DNA from: an uncultured Prevotellaceae bacterium
Lineage (GTDB): Bacteria > Bacteroidota > Bacteroidia > Bacteroidales > Bacteroidaceae
Direction: 5' to 3'
DNA length: 47,952 bases
Assembly: GCA_945828295.1 (NCBI GenBank)
Contig: CALZQV010000001.1
Coordinates: 1-47,952, forward strand
Each line of letters begins with the position of its first letter. Position 1 is the first letter of the stretch. The notes beneath the pieces were generated by a model. It was not told where the DNA came from, did no database searches, and worked only from the letters and a program-made list of their open reading frames with translations. Below, piece by piece: positions 18,128-26,288 of the stretch. The translations under genes were made by a program, and so were the position numbers.

Positions 18128-18939
18128 TGGATTACGAACTACACGAACTGGTCATCGGGTACCCTGGTCACGAAGTGGCAGGCCCGATGACCGCTTCTTT
18201 ACATCAGGGTGAACTTTGCTGCCTGCTGGGGGCAAACGGCGCGGGCAAGAGCACGCTGCTGCGCACGCTGGCTGCCTTCCAGTCACCGCTGTCGGGCGAA
18301 ATGTTGCTTGACGGCCGTTCCCTTTCGGCCATCGCCCCACGCGAGCTGAGCACCCTGGTGGGCATTGTGCTCACGGAACGCATCCGCACCGCCGGCATCA
18401 CCGTTCGCGACATGGTAGCCATGGGACGAAGCCCCTACACCAACTTCTGGGGCCACCTGACGGAGACCGACCACCACTACATCAACGAAGCCATGGAGCA
18501 GGTGGGCGTCGCATCCTTTGCCAGCCGGCAAATATCGACGCTGAGCGATGGCGAACGGCAAAAGGTGATGATTGCCAAGGCGCTGGCTCAGCAGACACCC
18601 GTCATTCTGCTCGACGAGCCCACGGCTTTCCTCGACTTCCCCAGCAAGGTCGAAGTAATGCTGCTGCTGAGACGCTTGGCCCACGAGATGGGGAAAAGCA
18701 TCTTCCTTTCCACCCACGACCTCGACATGGCCCTGCAGACAGCCGACCGTCTATGGCTGATGGGAAAGAAGGATACCGACGCGGCGTCCCAGGCTCAGCA
18801 GCCTGCCACAGGAACACAACAGCCACGGCAGTTTGCCATAGGCACGCCACAAGAGCTGGTGAACGAAATCCCACAATACTTCCCCAGTCGCCACTTGTCC
18901 TTTGACGCAACCAACCTGCGCTTCAACATTCAGTGCTGA
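18127..18939 (+). CDS. btuD: ABC transporter ATP-binding protein (BtuD/FecE class)
   Basis: Walker A GANGAGKST, signature LSDGERQK and Walker B VILLDEPTAF. The start overlaps the GH20 stop (TAATG). Gln-rich low-complexity stretch near the C-terminus. Confidence 0.8.
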   Translation: MDYELHELVIGYPGHEVAGPMTASLHQGELCCLLGANGAGKSTLLRTLAAFQSPLSGEMLLDGRSLSAIAPRELSTLVGIVLTERIRTAGITVRDMVAMGRSPYTNFWGHLTETDHHYINEAMEQVGVASFASRQISTLSDGERQKVMIAKALAQQTPVILLDEPTAFLDFPSKVEVMLLLRRLAHEMGKSIFLSTHDLDMALQTADRLWLMGKKDTDAASQAQQPATGTQQPRQFAIGTPQELVNEIPQYFPSRHLSFDATNLRFNIQC

Positions 18940-18983
18940 CAACGCAGCCATGGCTGACAGAGGGTTCCGTCCCTAATAAGAAA

Positions 18984-21221
18984 TCACTCGCTGACTAAGG
19001 CAAAGTTAAGCTGTTTGCGGTCGAGGTTGGCCGAGGCAATGCTTATGCGCACCTCATCGCCCAACGAGTAGCGCTTGTGGGTTCGGCGCCCCCAGAGGCA
19101 GTATTGCTTCTCGTCGAACTCGTAGTAATCGTCGTCAAGGTCGCGCAAAGGTATCATGCCCTCGCACTTATTCTCATTAATCTCCACGTAGAGGCCATAC
19201 TCGGTCACGCCGGATATCGTGCCATCGAACTCCTGCCCGATTCGGTCCTGCAGGAACTCTACTTCCTTGTACTTGATGCTGGCGCGCTCAGCCAGGGCGG
19301 CAGTCTGCTCCATCGCACTGGCGTGCTCGCACTGCTCCTCGAACTTGCTGCGCATCACACTGCGCCCGCCCTCGGCATAGCGTGCCAGAAGACGGTGAAC
19401 CATCAGGTCGGGATAGCGGCGGATGGGGCTGGTGAAGTGGGTGTAGTAATCGAAGGCAAGACCATAGTGGCCGATATTCTCTGTGCTGTACTTCGCTTTC
19501 ATCATGGCGCGCAAAGTCACCATCTCCACCAGATTGCGCGCCTTGGTTTGCTTGGCGTCGTGCAGCATTTTGTTGATGCTCTGGCTAACCATCGCATTCG
19601 AGCCCGTGGGCTTTAGCTTGAGGCCGAACTTCGTCACGAATTCCGAAAGATTAATGAGCTTATTCTGGTCGGGCTGCTCGTGGATGCGGTAGACAAACAC
19701 CTTCGAGTTATTGTCCTTGACCTTCGGGTTCTTTCCCTTCTTCGGTTTCCCAATACTCTCGGCCACCGTGCGGTTGGCCAGCAGCATGAATTCCTCCACA
19801 AGCTTATTGGCATCCTTGGCCACCTTGAAGTAGACGCTCACCGGCTTGCCGTCCTTGTCGATCTCGAACCTGGTTTCCTGGCGGTCGAAGTCGACGGCGC
19901 CATTTTGGAAGCGGCGTTTCCTCAACGCCTTGGCCATGCTGTTGAGGGTGATAAGGTCGTCAGCAAAGTTCTCGGCAGGCTCGTACTCGGGTTTCTCGGG
20001 GTCGGCATGGTCGCCGGGGTTCTGGTAATCCTCGGGACTTGCCTCGCCGTGGGCCTCCAGCACCTGCTGCACTTCCTCGTAGACGAAGCGGCGGTTGCTT
20101 CGTATGACGGTCTTTGCCAAATGCCAATCCTTCACCTCGGCCTCCTCGTCCATGAGGAAGATAACGCTATAGGTCAGTTTGTCCTCATCGGGGCGCAGCG
20201 AGCACACGTTGTTACACAAGCGCTCGGGCAGCATGGGCACCGTGCGGTCGACCAGGTAGACACTGGTCCCGCGCTTTTGCGCCTCGCGGTCGATGATGCT
20301 CCCTTCGGTGACATAGTGCGACACGTCGGCAATGTGCACACCCACCTCCCACATACGCGTGCTCACCTTTCGTATGCTGATGGCATCATCGAAGTCCTTG
20401 GCATCGCGCGGGTCGATGGTGAAGGTCATCACATCACGCATGTCCTCGCGGCGGCGTATCTCTTCTTCGGGAATCTGGTCCGGGATGCGGTTGGCCGCCT
20501 CCTCCACCTGCTGCGGGTAAGTGTAGGGCAGCCCGAACTCAGCCAGTATGGCATGCATCTCCGTCTCGTTCTCGCCCGACTGTCCGAGCACCTCCACCAC
20601 GCGGCCGATGGGGTTCTTGGCCTCGGCTGGCCATTCGGCAATCTTGGCAATAACCTTGTCACCCTGCTTTGCGCCCTTCAGGTTGCGGCGCGGGATAAGG
20701 ATATCGTTGGCCAGTGTGCGGTCTTCCGTTATCAGGTAGGCCAGGTCGCGGTGCACCTCGAGGCGCCCGACGAACTGTTTGTCGGTGCGTTTAAGGATTT
20801 GGGTCACCTGCCCTTCACGCACGTGATTGCGGCGGCGTGCCATCATCGACACGCGGACGCGGTCGCCGTCCATAGCATGCATCGAGTTACGCTCGGCCAC
20901 CAGGATGGGCTGGCCTCCCTCGTCGGGCAGGAAAGTATTTTTGCCGTTGGCCTTGCGGTGGAAGATTCCCTCCATCACTTGGCTTTGCTGCTTCAGTCCG
21001 TAACAGTATTTGGGTTTCTCGGTCAGGTAGTCATCGGCCAGCATGGTTTCTATAACATCGTAGCACGTCATCTTGGCCGGGTGGGTATCGAGTCCCAGCA
21101 GACGGAACACCTCCTTGAGTTCATAACGCTGTGTGGGATGTCCTTCGAACAATCCCATCACACGTTCCACCATCTGTTTCTTCGTGATGCGCTTGGCACC
21201 TTTGTTCTTTCCTTTTCCCAT
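18984..21221 (-). CDS. rnr: Ribonuclease R
   Basis: 745 aa with RNB-domain motifs (DPRDAKDFDDAIS, HYGLAFDYYTHFTSPIRRYPD) and a C-terminal S1 domain. Confidence 0.92.
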   Translation of the reverse strand: MGKGKNKGAKRITKKQMVERVMGLFEGHPTQRYELKEVFRLLGLDTHPAKMTCYDVIETMLADDYLTEKPKYCYGLKQQSQVMEGIFHRKANGKNTFLPDEGGQPILVAERNSMHAMDGDRVRVSMMARRRNHVREGQVTQILKRTDKQFVGRLEVHRDLAYLITEDRTLANDILIPRRNLKGAKQGDKVIAKIAEWPAEAKNPIGRVVEVLGQSGENETEMHAILAEFGLPYTYPQQVEEAANRIPDQIPEEEIRRREDMRDVMTFTIDPRDAKDFDDAISIRKVSTRMWEVGVHIADVSHYVTEGSIIDREAQKRGTSVYLVDRTVPMLPERLCNNVCSLRPDEDKLTYSVIFLMDEEAEVKDWHLAKTVIRSNRRFVYEEVQQVLEAHGEASPEDYQNPGDHADPEKPEYEPAENFADDLITLNSMAKALRKRRFQNGAVDFDRQETRFEIDKDGKPVSVYFKVAKDANKLVEEFMLLANRTVAESIGKPKKGKNPKVKDNNSKVFVYRIHEQPDQNKLINLSEFVTKFGLKLKPTGSNAMVSQSINKMLHDAKQTKARNLVEMVTLRAMMKAKYSTENIGHYGLAFDYYTHFTSPIRRYPDLMVHRLLARYAEGGRSVMRSKFEEQCEHASAMEQTAALAERASIKYKEVEFLQDRIGQEFDGTISGVTEYGLYVEINENKCEGMIPLRDLDDDYYEFDEKQYCLWGRRTHKRYSLGDEVRISIASANLDRKQLNFALVSE

Positions 21222-21245
21222 GGCGATTATTTATTGATTGTTTCA

Positions 21246-21253
21246 CAAAGATA
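21246..21253 (-). promoter_or_regulatory. -7 box TATCTTTG for rnr
   Basis: The reverse complement of CAAAGATA matches TAnnTTTG, about 25 nt upstream of the rnr ATG. Confidence 0.55.
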
Positions 21254-21275
21254 ATAATAATTGTAAAGTTTTTCT

Positions 21276-21283
21276 TACTTTTG
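21276..21283 (+). promoter_or_regulatory. -7 box TACTTTTG for the epimerase gene
   Basis: Matches TAnnTTTG, 12 nt upstream of the ATG at 21295. Confidence 0.5.
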
Positions 21284-21294
21284 TATCAAAATAT

Positions 21295-22353
21295 ATGGCT
21301 ATGAAGAAGATTCTTGTGACGGGAGCCTCGGGCTTCATCGGTAGTTTTATTTGCAGCGAAGGGCTGGAAAAGGGTTATGACGTGTGGGCCGGCATGCGCC
21401 GCACCAGCAGCAGTCAGTACCTCAGCGACGAGCGGCTGAAGTTTGCACAGCTCGACTTGGGCAACTACGATACGCTGTGTGAGCAGTTGCGCCGCTACAA
21501 GCAAGAGATGGAAGGCCAGGGTTGGGACTACGTCGTGCATGCAGCGGGAGCCACAAAGAGCCTCACCCGCGAAGGATTCTTCCACACCAACACCGAAGGC
21601 ACAAAGAATCTGGTGCGCGCCCTGATGGCCGAGGACATGGTGCCCCAGCGGTTCGTCTTCGTCTCCTCGCTGAGCATCTTCGGCGCCATTCGCGAAGAGC
21701 CGTATCCCTACCAGCCCATCCTCACCACAGACACCCCCGTCCCCAATACGGCCTACGGCGAGAGCAAGATGCAGGCCGAACAATTCCTGGAAGGCATCAA
21801 GCAAGAGGTTGGTCTCGACCGCCAGCAGGGCGGATTCCCCTACGTCATCCTGCGCCCCACGGGCGTCTATGGGCCTCGCGAGCGCGACTACTACATCATG
21901 GCCAAGAGCATCAAGCAGCACGTTGACTTTGCCGTGGGCTATCGCCCGCAGGACATCACCTTCGTCTATGTCGACGACGTGGTGCAGGCCGTCTTCAAAG
22001 CCTTCGATGCGCCCGACGCCGTGGGCAAGGGATATTTCCTGAGCGACGGCGAGGTTTACAACAGCCGCGCCTTCAGCGACCTCCTGCAGAAGGAACTGGG
22101 CAACCCTTGGGTCCTGCACATCAAGGCCCCGCTGTGGTTCCTGTGGCTTGTGTGCGCCGTTAGCGGCACGGTAAACCGATGGTTGGGCAAACTCACCACG
22201 CTAAACCTTGACAAGTACCACATCCTCAGCCAGCGCAACTGGCAATGCGACATCTCCACCGCGAAGCGCGACCTGGGCTATGAGCCGCAGGTGCAGCTGG
22301 AGGAGGGCGTGCGCCGCACCGTCCGGTGGTATCGCCAGGCCGGGTGGCTCTAA
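21295..22353 (+). CDS. NAD-dependent epimerase/dehydratase family protein
   Basis: Rossmann motif KILVTGASGFIGS and a YGESK catalytic motif. The start was moved from 21238. Confidence 0.85.
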   Translation: MAMKKILVTGASGFIGSFICSEGLEKGYDVWAGMRRTSSSQYLSDERLKFAQLDLGNYDTLCEQLRRYKQEMEGQGWDYVVHAAGATKSLTREGFFHTNTEGTKNLVRALMAEDMVPQRFVFVSSLSIFGAIREEPYPYQPILTTDTPVPNTAYGESKMQAEQFLEGIKQEVGLDRQQGGFPYVILRPTGVYGPRERDYYIMAKSIKQHVDFAVGYRPQDITFVYVDDVVQAVFKAFDAPDAVGKGYFLSDGEVYNSRAFSDLLQKELGNPWVLHIKAPLWFLWLVCAVSGTVNRWLGKLTTLNLDKYHILSQRNWQCDISTAKRDLGYEPQVQLEEGVRRTVRWYRQAGWL

Positions 22354-22391
22354 TCGGAGCCCCCTCTCCCCTACTATATTATAATATTGTA

Positions 22392-23075
22392 TTATTTTCG
22401 GGTCACGAGAATGCTGACTTCGTACAAGAGATAAATAGGTACGGAGACAAGCATGAGCGTGAACGCATCGCTCGTGGGCGTAATGACGGCCGCAACGACG
22501 ACTATGGCCAAAAGGGCCGGACGCCGGTAGCGCCGCATGCGGTCGGCCGTGAGCAGGCCGAAGCGCCCCAGCAGCCAACTGACCACCGGCAACTCGAAGA
22601 CGGCCCCCATCATCAGCGAGAGCATGGTCAGCGTGTCGATATAGCTCTCCAGGGAGATGAGGTTGCACACGTCGCTGCTCACCTGATAATGGGCCAGGAA
22701 GCGGAGGGTGAAGGGGAAGATGACAAAGTACGTGAAGGCCACCCCGGCGGCAAACATCACGTAGCTGCTCCCTATCAGGCGCAGGGCCAGCCGGCGCTCC
22801 TGCTCGTAGAGGCCTGGGGCAACGAAGTGGAAGGCCTCGTAGAGGATGTAGGGCATGGCGGCAATGAGTCCCACGTAGAACGACACCATCATGTGGGTAA
22901 CGAACTGACCCGTAACCGCCGTGTTGATAAGCTGCAGCGCCTCGTCCTTGGGGCGCAGTATGACGGCGAACACCTCATCCTTGAAGATGAAGGCCACAAT
23001 CATGAACAGAAGCGTGACTACCAGACAACGGATAATCACGCCGCGCAGTTCGTCGAGATGCTCACCAAACGTCAA
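22392..23075 (-). CDS. tatC: Twin-arginine translocase subunit TatC
   Basis: 227 aa with the TatC N-terminus TFGEHLDELR and six predicted TM segments. TTG start overlaps the tatA stop (TTGA). Confidence 0.85.
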   Translation of the reverse strand: MTFGEHLDELRGVIIRCLVVTLLFMIVAFIFKDEVFAVILRPKDEALQLINTAVTGQFVTHMMVSFYVGLIAAMPYILYEAFHFVAPGLYEQERRLALRLIGSSYVMFAAGVAFTYFVIFPFTLRFLAHYQVSSDVCNLISLESYIDTLTMLSLMMGAVFELPVVSWLLGRFGLLTADRMRRYRRPALLAIVVVAAVITPTSDAFTLMLVSVPIYLLYEVSILVTRK

Positions 23076-23311
23076 GCCTCCTCCTTCTCCCCCTTTTCAG
23101 GGTTTGGTTCGGCCGGTTCGGCGGTCTTCGTGGCATCGGCGGGTTTGGCGGGGTCATCGGTGTTCATGCCCTCCTTGAAGGCCTTTACGCCCTGGCCCAG
23201 GCCGCGCATCATTTCGGGCACCTTCTTTCCTCCATAGAGAAGTAAGACGAGGACCAGGACGATTAGCAGCTCCTGCAATCCTATACCGCCCAAGAACATG
23301 GGATGTGTCAT
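23072..23311 (-). CDS. tatA: Twin-arginine translocase subunit TatA/E
   Basis: FLGGIGLQELLIVLVLVLLLYGGKKVPEMMRGLGQGVKAFKEG. The ATG at 23311 overlaps the AKR stop (ATGA). An alternative ATG is at 23299. Confidence 0.85.
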   Translation of the reverse strand: MTHPMFLGGIGLQELLIVLVLVLLLYGGKKVPEMMRGLGQGVKAFKEGMNTDDPAKPADATKTAEPAEPNPEKGEKEEA

Positions 23312-24714
23312 AGTTTATTTTGCTTTAGATTTTCAACAAAAGAGTCGATTCGCTCCATCTCGCGTGGGATGTTGATGCGCTGCGGGCAGTGCACCATGCA
23401 GCGGCCGCATCCGATGCAATGGTTGGCCTGGCGCAGTCGGGGCACCGAACGGTCGTAGCCCACGAGGAAAGCCTTGCGTGCCTTCCGGTAGTTCTCGGCC
23501 TGCATGCTCTCGGGCACGTTGCCCTCGTTGACACACTTGTTGTAGTGGAGCAGGATGGCCGGGATGTTGATTCCGTAGGGGCAGGGCATGCAGTACTTGC
23601 AGTCGTTGCACGGGATGGTGGGATAGCTGACATAGAGGTTTGCCACTTCGCTCTCGAGCCATTGCTGCTCCTCGTCGGTGAGGGGCTCAAGGGGGCTGTA
23701 GGTGCGCAGGTTGTCCTCAAGGTGCTCCATGTAGGTCATGCCCGACAGGACGGTGAGAATGCGGGGCTTCGAGCCAGCATAGCGGAAGGCCCACGAGGCC
23801 ACGCTGTCCTCGGGCCGCTTCTGCTTCAGGGTGGCCACGATGTGGTTGGGCATCTTCACCAGTCGTCCGCCGAGCAGGGGCTCCATGATGACCCCGGGGA
23901 TGCCGCGGCGGTCGAGTTCGTTATAGAGGTACTCGGCATCGGTGTTGCGCGCGTTCGTCTCGTCGGCCAGGTGCCAGTCGACGTAGTTCATCTGAATCTG
24001 CACGAAGTCCCAGTGGTATTTATCGTGGTGCTCCAGCAGGTAGTCGAACACCTCGATGTCACCGTGATAGGAGAACCCGAGGTTGCGGATTACGCCCTCC
24101 TTGCGTTTCTTGAGCAGATAGTCGAGCAGGCCGTTGTCCATGTATCGGGAATTCAGGGCATCCATGCCTCCCATGCCCACGCCGTGCAGGAGCAGGTAGT
24201 CGATGTAGTCAGTCTGCAGGTACTTCAGCGAGTTCTCGAACATCTTCACGCCCTCCTTGTAGCTCCACTGCTCGGGCGAGAAGTTGGAAAGCTTCGTGGC
24301 GATGTAATATTTGTCGCGAGCGTATCCGCTGGCCTTCAGGGCAATGCCCGTCGACTCCTCGCTGTGGCCGCGGCAGTAGGCTGGACTGGTGTCGAAGTAG
24401 TTCACGCCGTGGTCGAGGGCGAACTTCACCAGTCGGTTCACCTCCTCCTGGTCAATCTCCTCCTCCACGGGAGCGTCGGTGTTGCGTGGCGAGCCAGCCA
24501 CCTTGTTGGGCAGGCGCATCATGCCGTAGCCCAGGAGGCTCACGCGGTCGCCCGTGCTCGGGTTTTCGCGATAGGTCATCTTGTCCGTGGGAATCTCGCC
24601 CGTGTGGTGGCCCAGGGGGTCGATGTCGGTCGGGTTTTTCCCCATCTTACAGCCGGCGAGGGCTGCCGTGGCGGCTCCTGCGCCCAGTATCTTGATAAAT
24701 TCTCTTCTTTCCAT
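23308..24714 (-). CDS. Aldo/keto reductase fused to a C-terminal 2x[4Fe-4S] domain, with a Tat signal and lipobox
   Basis: MERREFIKILGAGAATAALAGC (RR motif plus lipobox Cys). AKR core (LGYGMMRLP, DYIDYLLLHG). C-terminal CNDCKYCMPCP and CIGCGRCMVHCP motifs. The GTG at 24735 is an alternative start. Confidence 0.8.
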   Translation of the reverse strand: MERREFIKILGAGAATAALAGCKMGKNPTDIDPLGHHTGEIPTDKMTYRENPSTGDRVSLLGYGMMRLPNKVAGSPRNTDAPVEEEIDQEEVNRLVKFALDHGVNYFDTSPAYCRGHSEESTGIALKASGYARDKYYIATKLSNFSPEQWSYKEGVKMFENSLKYLQTDYIDYLLLHGVGMGGMDALNSRYMDNGLLDYLLKKRKEGVIRNLGFSYHGDIEVFDYLLEHHDKYHWDFVQIQMNYVDWHLADETNARNTDAEYLYNELDRRGIPGVIMEPLLGGRLVKMPNHIVATLKQKRPEDSVASWAFRYAGSKPRILTVLSGMTYMEHLEDNLRTYSPLEPLTDEEQQWLESEVANLYVSYPTIPCNDCKYCMPCPYGINIPAILLHYNKCVNEGNVPESMQAENYRKARKAFLVGYDRSVPRLRQANHCIGCGRCMVHCPQRINIPREMERIDSFVENLKQNKL

Positions 24715-24740
24715 AATCGTCAGTCTGGTTGTCACTTATC

Positions 24741-26285
24741 CTACACCTCGCGATGCACCTCGTAGCCTTCGACATAGATGGCGCTGTAGGGACGCGAGGG
24801 GCACAGGTTTTCGCAGGCGCCACATCCGATGCACTTCGACTCGTTGACCACGGGAATGAGGCGCTCGTCATCGTCCTCCAGGGGCACCATCTCGATGGCG
24901 CCGGTCGGGCAATGGCGGGCGCAGTTGCCACAGGTCACACCGTCGGTGACCACGACGCAGTTCTTCCGAATCCACACGGCGTGGCCAATCTGCCGGGCAG
25001 TCTTCTCCTCGCGCGTTATGGGACGGATAGCGCCCGTCGGGCAGAGCTGCGAACAGCGGGTGCACTCGGGGCGGCAATAGCCACGCTCGTACTGCATGAC
25101 GGGTTGCATCAGGGTCTCGAGGTCCTGGCTGGGGCGCAGCACCTGGTTGGGGCACTCGGCAATGCACAACTGGCACGCGGTGCAATGCTGGGCGAAGTGC
25201 TTGGCCGAGAGCGAGCCCGGCGGTGTGAGGCGCGTCTTGCGAGCGGGTATCTGTTTGTCCTCGATGGCAGCCAGTCCGCCGTCCACGGTCTTGGCCACGG
25301 AATCGACGGTGGCAGCACTGGCCACGAGGGCGAGGCCCTTCAGAAAATTGCGGCGGTCAGAGTCTTTAAGGTCTTTAAGGTCTTTAAGGTCCTTAGGGTC
25401 CTTAAGGGCTTTGAGGCGGTTGCCGAAATGCAGGGAGCCCTGGGGGCAAAGTTCCATGCAGTCGCCACACATCACGCAGCGAGTCATGTCGACATGATGG
25501 TCGGCCACGTTGATGCAGCCGGCCTTGCAGTTGCGTTCGCAGAGGCGGCAGCCGTTGCACTTATCCTTGTCGAACACGGGGCCGTGGAGCGAGAAATGGC
25601 TGATGTAGCCCAGTAGGGTGCCCACGGGGCAGATGGTGTTGCAGTAGGTGCGGCCGTTGCGCCAGGCCAGGATGCCGACAATCAGCAGCGTCACAGCTGC
25701 CACGGCAACGGAGATGGCGGAGCGCATCCAAACGTCGACCGAATAGAAGGCGTAGCTCTCGTAGTGCTCGGCAATGGCGGCCAGGCCGTTGTTGGCCCAC
25801 AGGTAGAGGGGTTGCATCAGGTTGGTGGCGATGCGCCCGTAGGCACTGTAGGGGGCAATCAGGATGGCCAGACTGTTGAGCCCGGCAATCATGAGCACGA
25901 GGAAGAGCAGCAGCACCAGGCCGCGCAGCACGCGACGCGTTGGCGTATAGGAATATTTGTTGGCCAGCTTGGTCTTCTTGCTGCGGAACAGCTTGCGCTT
26001 GCCAAGCCAGGCTATGATGTCCTGCATGACACCCAGGGGGCAGACGACGGAGCAGTAGATGCGCCCCAGGAGCAGGGTGAGCAGCACCAGGGCGACCACC
26101 ACGACGACGTTCAGCGACAGGACGGCGGGCAGGAACTGAGCCTTGGCCATCCAACTGAGATAGTGGCGGGCCGTGCCGGTGAAGTCGAGGAACAGGAGCG
26201 TCAGGCCGAGCCAGAAGACTACGGCCAGCACGCGTCGCAGCGGTGCCAAGAGGCTACGGGATTTGTTTTCGTTTTTGCTTGCCAT
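24741..26285 (-). CDS. Membrane polyferredoxin: NapH/MauN-like N-terminal part fused to a NapG/MauM-like C-terminal part
   Basis: CxxxCP motifs RIYCSVVCPLG and RTYCNTICPVG. Six Cys-cluster motifs in total. Internal SDRRNFLKGLALVASAATV. The start lies 3 nt after the GH43 stop. Confidence 0.75.
   Translation of the reverse strand: MASKNENKSRSLLAPLRRVLAVVFWLGLTLLFLDFTGTARHYLSWMAKAQFLPAVLSLNVVVVVALVLLTLLLGRIYCSVVCPLGVMQDIIAWLGKRKLFRSKKTKLANKYSYTPTRRVLRGLVLLLFLVLMIAGLNSLAILIAPYSAYGRIATNLMQPLYLWANNGLAAIAEHYESYAFYSVDVWMRSAISVAVAAVTLLIVGILAWRNGRTYCNTICPVGTLLGYISHFSLHGPVFDKDKCNGCRLCERNCKAGCINVADHHVDMTRCVMCGDCMELCPQGSLHFGNRLKALKDPKDLKDLKDLKDSDRRNFLKGLALVASAATVDSVAKTVDGGLAAIEDKQIPARKTRLTPPGSLSAKHFAQHCTACQLCIAECPNQVLRPSQDLETLMQPVMQYERGYCRPECTRCSQLCPTGAIRPITREEKTARQIGHAVWIRKNCVVVTDGVTCGNCARHCPTGAIEMVPLEDDDERLIPVVNESKCIGCGACENLCPSRPYSAIYVEGYEVHREV
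25362..25415 (-). repeat. In-frame 9-bp tandem repeat (6 units, 3 perfect) encoding the KDLKDLKDLKD linker
   Basis: GTCTTTAAG x3, then GTCCTTAGG, GTCCTTAAG and GGCTTTGAG on the plus strand. Confidence 0.85.
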
Positions 26286-26288
26286 AGT

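Noticed and set aside
18770-18850. Gln-rich low-complexity segment near the btuD C-terminus, as a separate domain or repeat feature.
   Set aside because: There is no nucleotide-level tandem repeat. It is probably a disordered linker, and nothing checkable distinguishes it.
18945-18956. Perfect 12-nt palindrome CAGCCATGGCTG between the convergent btuD and rnr genes, as a bidirectional terminator.
   Set aside because: The stem has no loop and neither strand has a flanking T-run, so the evidence is too weak for a terminator call.
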